64,000 bases of DNA from Octopus sinensis (Eukaryota), in NCBI RefSeq assembly GCF_006345805.1, contig NC_043003.1:110794001-110858000 (forward strand), given 5' to 3'. The first letter of the stretch is position 1, and the number at the start of each line of letters is the position of its first letter. The notes beneath the pieces are model-generated. The model made no database searches and was not told the DNA's origin. It worked only from the letters and a program-made list of their open reading frames with translations. This document shows, piece after piece, positions 57,330-64,000 of the stretch. A program made the position numbers and the translations under genes.

Positions 57330-57830
57330 GCATTTCTCTTTGTGCAACAGGTGCCTGGGTCTCAGCAGTTATTCATGGAAGTAGGCTTTTGGTGCGGTTT
57401 GCTTCTAATTGTGCTTCTAATAATGGGGCAGACGCTATGTGATATTTTAACTGAGCACATGTTGAATTTTTTTATTATTCGCCTTATTATTGGAGTGATT
57501 ATATATTAATTCATCATTAAAGCCATTATTTGCTGAAACATTGTCGTGATAGAGGGTAATCTTCTCGGAAATTTCTTTAGAGGAATAGAGATTAGATGGT
57601 TAGATACTCTGTTACTAATGCTGGCTATGAAATATTTAAATACTATGGTGAGGGTCACAAAACTGTTTGTGTATATAAGAACGTTTCTGGTTTGGTTTAT
57701 GATAAGCTTTATAAGAAGAGTTTAGGGCTGGGGAGACATAAAAGACGTCAACTTTAGACAGATTAATAGTGACTGTGATTTTAAGGCCTAATTGTGCTTA
57801 ATACAAAGAGACCTACAAGATCGAAGATGC
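57330..57830 (-). mobile_element. Penelope-like element RT/thumb fragment
   Basis: SKVDVFYVSPALNSSYKAYHKPNQKRSYIHKQ resembles the PLE consensus KxVNFLDVTL...YKPYxKPN...YIH; followed by a KISHSVCP segment (KVSYSCMP-like). Confidence 0.6.
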
Positions 57831-57984
57831 CAGCACTGTGGCACGATCCCGTTGATACATCGAAACACTCATGATTATCGGACATTTTTTTACCCATGCT
57901 GAACCCTTACTAAACAGTAATGGTTTTCTTGCATGCAAAGTTAAGTCTACAGGGTCTACATCAACATATGAATTAGCAAACTAG

Positions 57985-58150
57985 TTGTTTTATCAAGAAG
58001 TGATCTCTATATGGACTACCACACTGCTGAATTCCATATCTGAAATGTTGAACGATTATAAATCTATGGATAAGTTCCTGATGGCGAATTGGAAAGTACC
58101 ACCCTCTCCGGATGGAGCAGCTGTACAGCAGACTCAAGGCCACTACCCAT
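57985..58150 (+). mobile_element. Possible CR1/L2 LINE C-terminal relic
   Basis: FYQEVISIW...LNDYKSMDKFL resembles FFxxRVxxxW...FKxxLDKFL. Confidence 0.35.
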
Positions 58151-59899
58151 TCAGCCTTATGACTTTACGGTCAAAGGTGTCATAGCCCCAACTTTCAAAC
58201 TCTTGTTCCTTTCTGTTTTAATTTTCATTGTCCGCTTCCTCAACCTTCCACATTTTACATCTACTCCCTTCACATCTTATTGCTATTTTCCTCTTATCAT
58301 ATCATCCTGTTTTAACTTGTTAAGCAATGTCGGCATAGCCTGAAAATTGTGTGAATGCATATATATCCATCGTTCAATTACAAGAAAGTAGTTAACGCGA
58401 GACTCCAATGAAAGATTCTTTTTTAATATGTCACAGGGGTAAAGTGAACGTGGAATCATATAGCTGTGAAGTGAATTACTCACTTACACAATGCTGCATG
58501 TAATAAGGCGAAGTCAAAGAAAAGTAATTAGCATGAAAGCTATATATCTGATACTTAGGAAACTGAATTTGGCTCTAAGATATAAATATACACTGTTGCT
58601 GATGAGTTTATTTTATTTTATTTTATTTTTAAAAAGGGAGCAATTAAATTAAAGCTTAATGTAAATTGTCTCCCATAAAATCCAGTTTCTTAAAAGTAAA
58701 CTCCATTATGAGTTAGAAAATTACCATTTATCTTCAGTTATATCTACTGGCTGTAGTTTAAACTTCGATGGTTTTCTTGTGAGAAGTTTAGACAAGTTTA
58801 ATACATTGCTTCCATCCTACCTAATTTTAAATCGTAGAGAATCATTGAATGCTTCATAAAGGAAATTGACATAAATTATATATTCACTTTCAGAAATGGC
58901 GCGCAAGTGACGACCATGCTTTTGACAAGCTCATAAATCTATTCGTTGCAAAAATATCCGCTTCATTAAATAATATTCAACGTTTATTGTAAATGATACC
59001 AAATGTGTATATAAATGAATACAATTACAGTAAACAGCAGGAAATATCACTCACTGCAATGTAATATTATGTACAGATATCAAAACTGTAAATATCGTAG
59101 CACAATGAGGATTAGAATTTATTGATTACTACCGTCATTTGCGTAATGTTTCCAAGAAGTCTTGAAGCTGTCATATCTTCTTAAAATCTTATCATCATTT
59201 AGAATTTAATACTGCATTACACTGTACCTAAACTTGCAGAAACTAACATGTTTTGAACGATATGACACAGATTGTCGCGGGAAACTTTGCACAAATTACT
59301 TTGGCCAGTCATTTACTAAAGATAGAAAATATTTCCGACAAAGACATATATTCCCAGACATAATTACTCAGACATAAGTAGAGGAATTTTTCCAGCTGCA
59401 TGGTAATCTGACGGCGACTACCAGAATTATGATTATATAAATTTAGATGATAAACACAAAAATGTATCACGTTTAATCAACATCCAAAAGATTAAATAAA
59501 TCGAAAATTCGATTTTATTTTGCTTTAGACTTTAAGATTTTTCCTGATGCAGAATGTAGCAAGTGGTGAAATAACTGCTACTTTACAAATTATAGGAAAG
59601 GCATATTGAGAACAAAGATTTTCATGGTAATTAGTGTATATAGAGGTCTAGTCGGTGAAACATAAGCAAGTGAAATATGTTTCTTTGAAAATGTTCCAAA
59701 ATGAAATTCAAATACTTGCGCACCTCGAAAAAGGTAAGCAATGTACATTTATGAAGATCCACTTAAGCATTTTTAAAAATACCTAGCACTATTTCTCTCT
59801 CTCTCTCACTATCTTTCTCTCTCTCTCCCTCTCTCTTTATATATGTGTGTGTTTATATATGTATATGTATCAGGTTAGTGCAACGGTAATGGCTGGTTT

Positions 59900-60900
59900 T
59901 AAGATCCCTATTAAAAATGAAAAACCTCATGATTAAATTTGTTCATTAACATAATTGCAAGTGTTTTCTAGATATTCATTCCACGCTTATAAATGGCACG
60001 CTTGTAAAATTGTTTATATTTTGATGCGAAATATGAATCACTGTCATTTTCAACCGCTTCTCTTGATGTCAAGCTGATACCATTCATATGGTCCTGTTGT
60101 CCCCAAAGTAAGTGATACTGAGGAGAAGCGTGTGCTGGAGAATATGGAAGATGAAGCAATATTTACCAACAAAGATCTTCCAAGAGATCATTAGTCAGTC
60201 GTGCTGTGTGACGCCGTGCATTAACATGGTTGAAGATGATTCCCTTTCTCTTGACTAAGCAGGGTCACCTTCTGTTGAAAGCTTTCAAACGCTGAGGTTG
60301 ATCACAGAAGAGATGAGTAGTAATTGTTGTATCATTTCTAACAGTTCGTAGTGGACAATTCCATGAATATCCCTCCATACGGACAACATAACTTTCTTAT
60401 GGAAATTCCTCTTCTTGGTTGTTGAACAGGTCTTCCTTATCGACTGATCCACGATCAACGGCGTTGAACGTTATGTTAAAGGATACACACCTCAATCCTT
60501 CCCGAACATAGTTACTTAAGGTGTCATGAATGTAATGACTGATAACAAACAACACGCCGTTGCAGATTCTGTGAACACAGTTCGTGCGTGACCCATTTTT
60601 CACCCACTGAAACCTTTCAGATCCTTTTCAGTTGGCGCAGATCAGTTGTATGGGTTATATTAAACTGTTCTGAAAGTTCTCTACAAGTAGCCGTTGGAAT
60701 TTCTGTTTTGGACGACCTATTTTTGGCCCGCCTTACAAACTCAAAATCACACTACTGAAGCGAGAATGCCAAACCCTGCAAATTCTTTCACTCAGAAAAT
60801 CATCCCTTTAAATTCTCTGAAATGACTTTGTTGCTGTGTTTACATTGACATGCTTATGAAACTCATAGAGTAATGTGAAATTTAGATGGGGCGAACATGG
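59900..60900 (-). mobile_element. Mariner transposase relic
   Basis: VMLSVWR, HHVNARRH (HDNARPH-like), HLPYSP...YHL, FASK...FYKR.I. Confidence 0.8.
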
Positions 60901-61108
60901 CTGTGAATATAGCAGAAGATTATAGCCAAAACGTTCAGAATCTGAAATAAATATTCATAAATTACTCATTGTGACATTCTTAAACATTACAAGTGGCACA
61001 ATTTTAAAAAATGTTATCTAAATCCATCTTTTAAAAGATCGGCCATAACCTTTGCACCAGCATAATATATGTACACACAGACACACACACACACACACAC
61101 ACGCACAT

Positions 61109-61162
<54 letters not shown>

Positions 61163-61319
61163 ACATATATGTGTGTGTGGCTATTTTAATTGTATATATT
61201 TCTAAACGGAGACTGTACTATGCAATAAATGTGTTTTGTAGTCATTTCCATTGTTTGCATCTTAACAAACCGGAACGGAATAAGGTGGCTAACAAGTCGG
61301 GCATTAATGTTAGAAACAT

Positions 61320-61505
61320 GCATAAATATTGGTTTAAAATTTTGGCACAGGCCCAGGTATTTCGGAGAAGGCGATTAGCTGATCACATTGATCCTAGCGC
61401 TGAACTGGCACTTATTTTATCGAACTCGAAAGGACGAAAGGCAAAGATGATCTCGAAAGAACGAAAAGCAAAGTCGATCTCGGCGGAATTTGAACTCAGA
61501 ACATA
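61320..61505 (+). mobile_element. Short interspersed repeat (SINE 3' body type)
   Basis: aaattttggcaca...gatcctagcgctgaactggcacttatttt...aagtcgatctcggcggaatttgaactcagaac. Confidence 0.65.
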
Positions 61506-62208
61506 ATAGGCCCTTTTCGTCCCTTTAAATCATCTAAGCTTCCTCATCATAAAAATTAATGTGTAATGTGTAAAAATATAGACACTATAATTTTCGTCAA
61601 ACCATTCATTCTAGCCCCAATTTATAGAGGAACTCTTTATGCTGCCTTAGTAAAGCCACTGTTAAATATTTACCACCGAGAAGGCTTCTTAGCATTTTAC
61701 GAAATTCTGCTTAGCATTTTTCCCGGTGTGCCAACATTTCTGCTAGCTCGCCGCCCTGAACGAGTGCATGAGTACTGACTGTGGTTCAGAGGTAGTACAT
61801 TTATACTTCATTGTATTGAATATGAGAGGTGAACATATACATATTGTTTATAACTTTATACATACATGCACGCGCAGCACACATTTATATATGTTAAATG
61901 AATGATGCATTGCATGATAGATCGAGTATATCAGAGAAATAAAAAGATAGAGACCCCTATGGTTAACTGAGTTGCGAGTATTGAAATATTGCTTACTTCC
62001 ATCTTCATAAAATTATGGCCAGTATATATTACTTTAATGTATAACTGTAGTTATTTTATGTTCTTGTCTTAAAACTGGTAATTTCAAGTTAAATTATTAC
62101 ACCTGAAGAAGGAACATCCGGCCATTCCTTTACCTCCCACAACATAATCATCAACTGCCCATTAATTATTAGTTGCCGCATAAATTACAACACACACACA
62201 CACATATA

Positions 62209-62250
<42 letters not shown>

Positions 62251-62252
<2 letters not shown>

Positions 62253-62533
62253 ATTGCAGCGTGGAAGGTGTTTATAAGCCATTTAAGAAACACACAAAAG
62301 CCATTCGATTCACTTCAACATTTAAGTTTAATTTGTCAAAATATTTTCGTCGCTTTAAGACCGCGACCTGTTCACTGACAAAAATCCGTGCATCACGGAT
62401 TTTTTTGTCAGTGAACAGGTCGCGGATTTTAGCGACGAAAATACTTTGACAAATTAAACTTAAATGTTGAAGTGAATCGAACGGCTTTTGTGTGTTTCTT
62501 AATGGCTTATAAACACCTTCCACGCTGCAATTG
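62251..62533. repeat. 283-bp near-perfect foldback next to (TA)n, each arm carrying a variant hammerhead motif
   Basis: caattgcagcgtggaagg... is mirrored by ...ccttccacgctgcaattg, with centre atccgtg-cat-cacggat. The ORF track shows near-identical peptides on both strands. Confidence 0.95.
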
Positions 62534-62590
62534 TTTTCGTTTCAGCACACGATCTCAGATCAAATCACTTGATATGCGAGTACATCTCCG

Positions 62591-62640
<50 letters not shown>

Positions 62641-63849
62641 TACATGTGAGGTATTACATTGAATGTTAGTCATATTTTTGCAATGGCTCAATTAAAGCCA
62701 GTACTATAATGAGTAAATTGCTAAAGAAAATGTACCCTGGACATACTGACAGAAATGTTTGCCTATGCATTACGTAGCACTAATGCTGCTTGTCTGTGGG
62801 TAGCTAGAAATATGATAATACCTCACTTTACGAGAAACCTCCTTACGAAACCCCTCGTTACCACTTTTGTTATAAAAAGTTAAACAACAATTTCTTGTGT
62901 GTGGAAAATTTGCAACATATGGCGTCTACACAGCAACGGTACAAATTACAGATGTGAACTATTTAACAAATCATTATTGCTTATATTTAAAATATCTCCC
63001 TCGACTATATGTCGGTAACCTAAACTTACACTCTAGGTTCAGAGGTTTCAGTCATCTGTATTTCATTGATTATGCTTTCATTTTACATACACGTTTAATG
63101 TAGCAGAAAATAAGCATGCAAGTCTGCTGCCCTGGAACTAAATAAGTTCAAGATGAAATTCTTTTCAATAGAACATCGCTTTCATTTATTAATAGGCGTT
63201 AAATTGTTTAGGTGCACATACAATTTTGAATTGCTAATCATTTTATGCCTTAATTTGTGAGGTTGCTTAAAATACTTATTCCTATATTTGCATCTGAAAT
63301 AACCTTTCAAAGAACATAAGATATAACACAATATCTGAATGCATATATAAGACATTTAGTGATTTACACGTATTCATTTCTTAAGAGAATTGATCAATTT
63401 CCAAATTGCGCCATATCAGTTATAGATAGAAAGATAAACCTGTTTTACTGGAAAACGTTTATGTAACAGCTTCAAATTATAATGAATAATGATGTGACCA
63501 TTTCATAATTTATCCTATATTTCATTCAATTTATCCTTATATTTTAGATAAGTACGGATAGGAAACCTAAAATTTCTGTATATCATGACAATAATAAAAA
63601 ACAAAATATTATATGCTCAAAAAATTGGACCCGGTATTCATTGATCAGACACCGAAAACTTATGAAGAAGGACATGCGATTTGACTTGACAGAAATTGAA
63701 AGACTATCAATCACTATAATATGCTACTTTAAAGCAACACTAGCCCAGATACATACGCTCCTCTCTCACCCTACCCCTTGCTCGTTTTTTCTGTCTCTGC
63801 CTGTCTGATTCTCATTCCATTTATCTCTCTCTCACGCTCTCCCTCTCTC

Positions 63850-63932
<83 letters not shown>

Positions 63933-64000
63933 ATACATATATCTCTATACCAATAAGCATATATATATACCCTACAACTCCACTTTGTTATATATATATA

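Noticed and set aside
62100-62140. CTGAAGA-AGGAA...TTCCT as a hammerhead
   Set aside because: The stem is not followed by GAAA, and there is no stem III or NUH site.

Overview
AT-rich, microsatellite- and transposon-dense animal genomic DNA, most likely Octopus (inferred from the tRNA-derived SINE family and the repeat landscape, not from a database search). The only host coding sequence I can support is two spliced minus-strand exons of a GABA-B receptor subunit 2-like gene (42662-42847 and 37836-38042); the ORF track misses the second. The rest appears intronic. It holds a near-intact, full-length R4/Dong-clade non-LTR retrotransposon (RT + RLE endonuclease, TAA tail), several mariner/Tc1 relics, a Chapaev-like transposase relic, Gypsy/RTE/CR1/Penelope fragments, many SINEs and simple repeats. 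The most notable observations are hammerhead-ribozyme motifs: a canonical type I core on the receptor's sense strand about 0.8 kb after an exon, and a 283-bp foldback carrying two mirror-image motifs with a swapped G3-C8 core pair. Most short ORFs in the track are microsatellite artefacts. No CRISPR, rRNA or true tRNA gene was seen.
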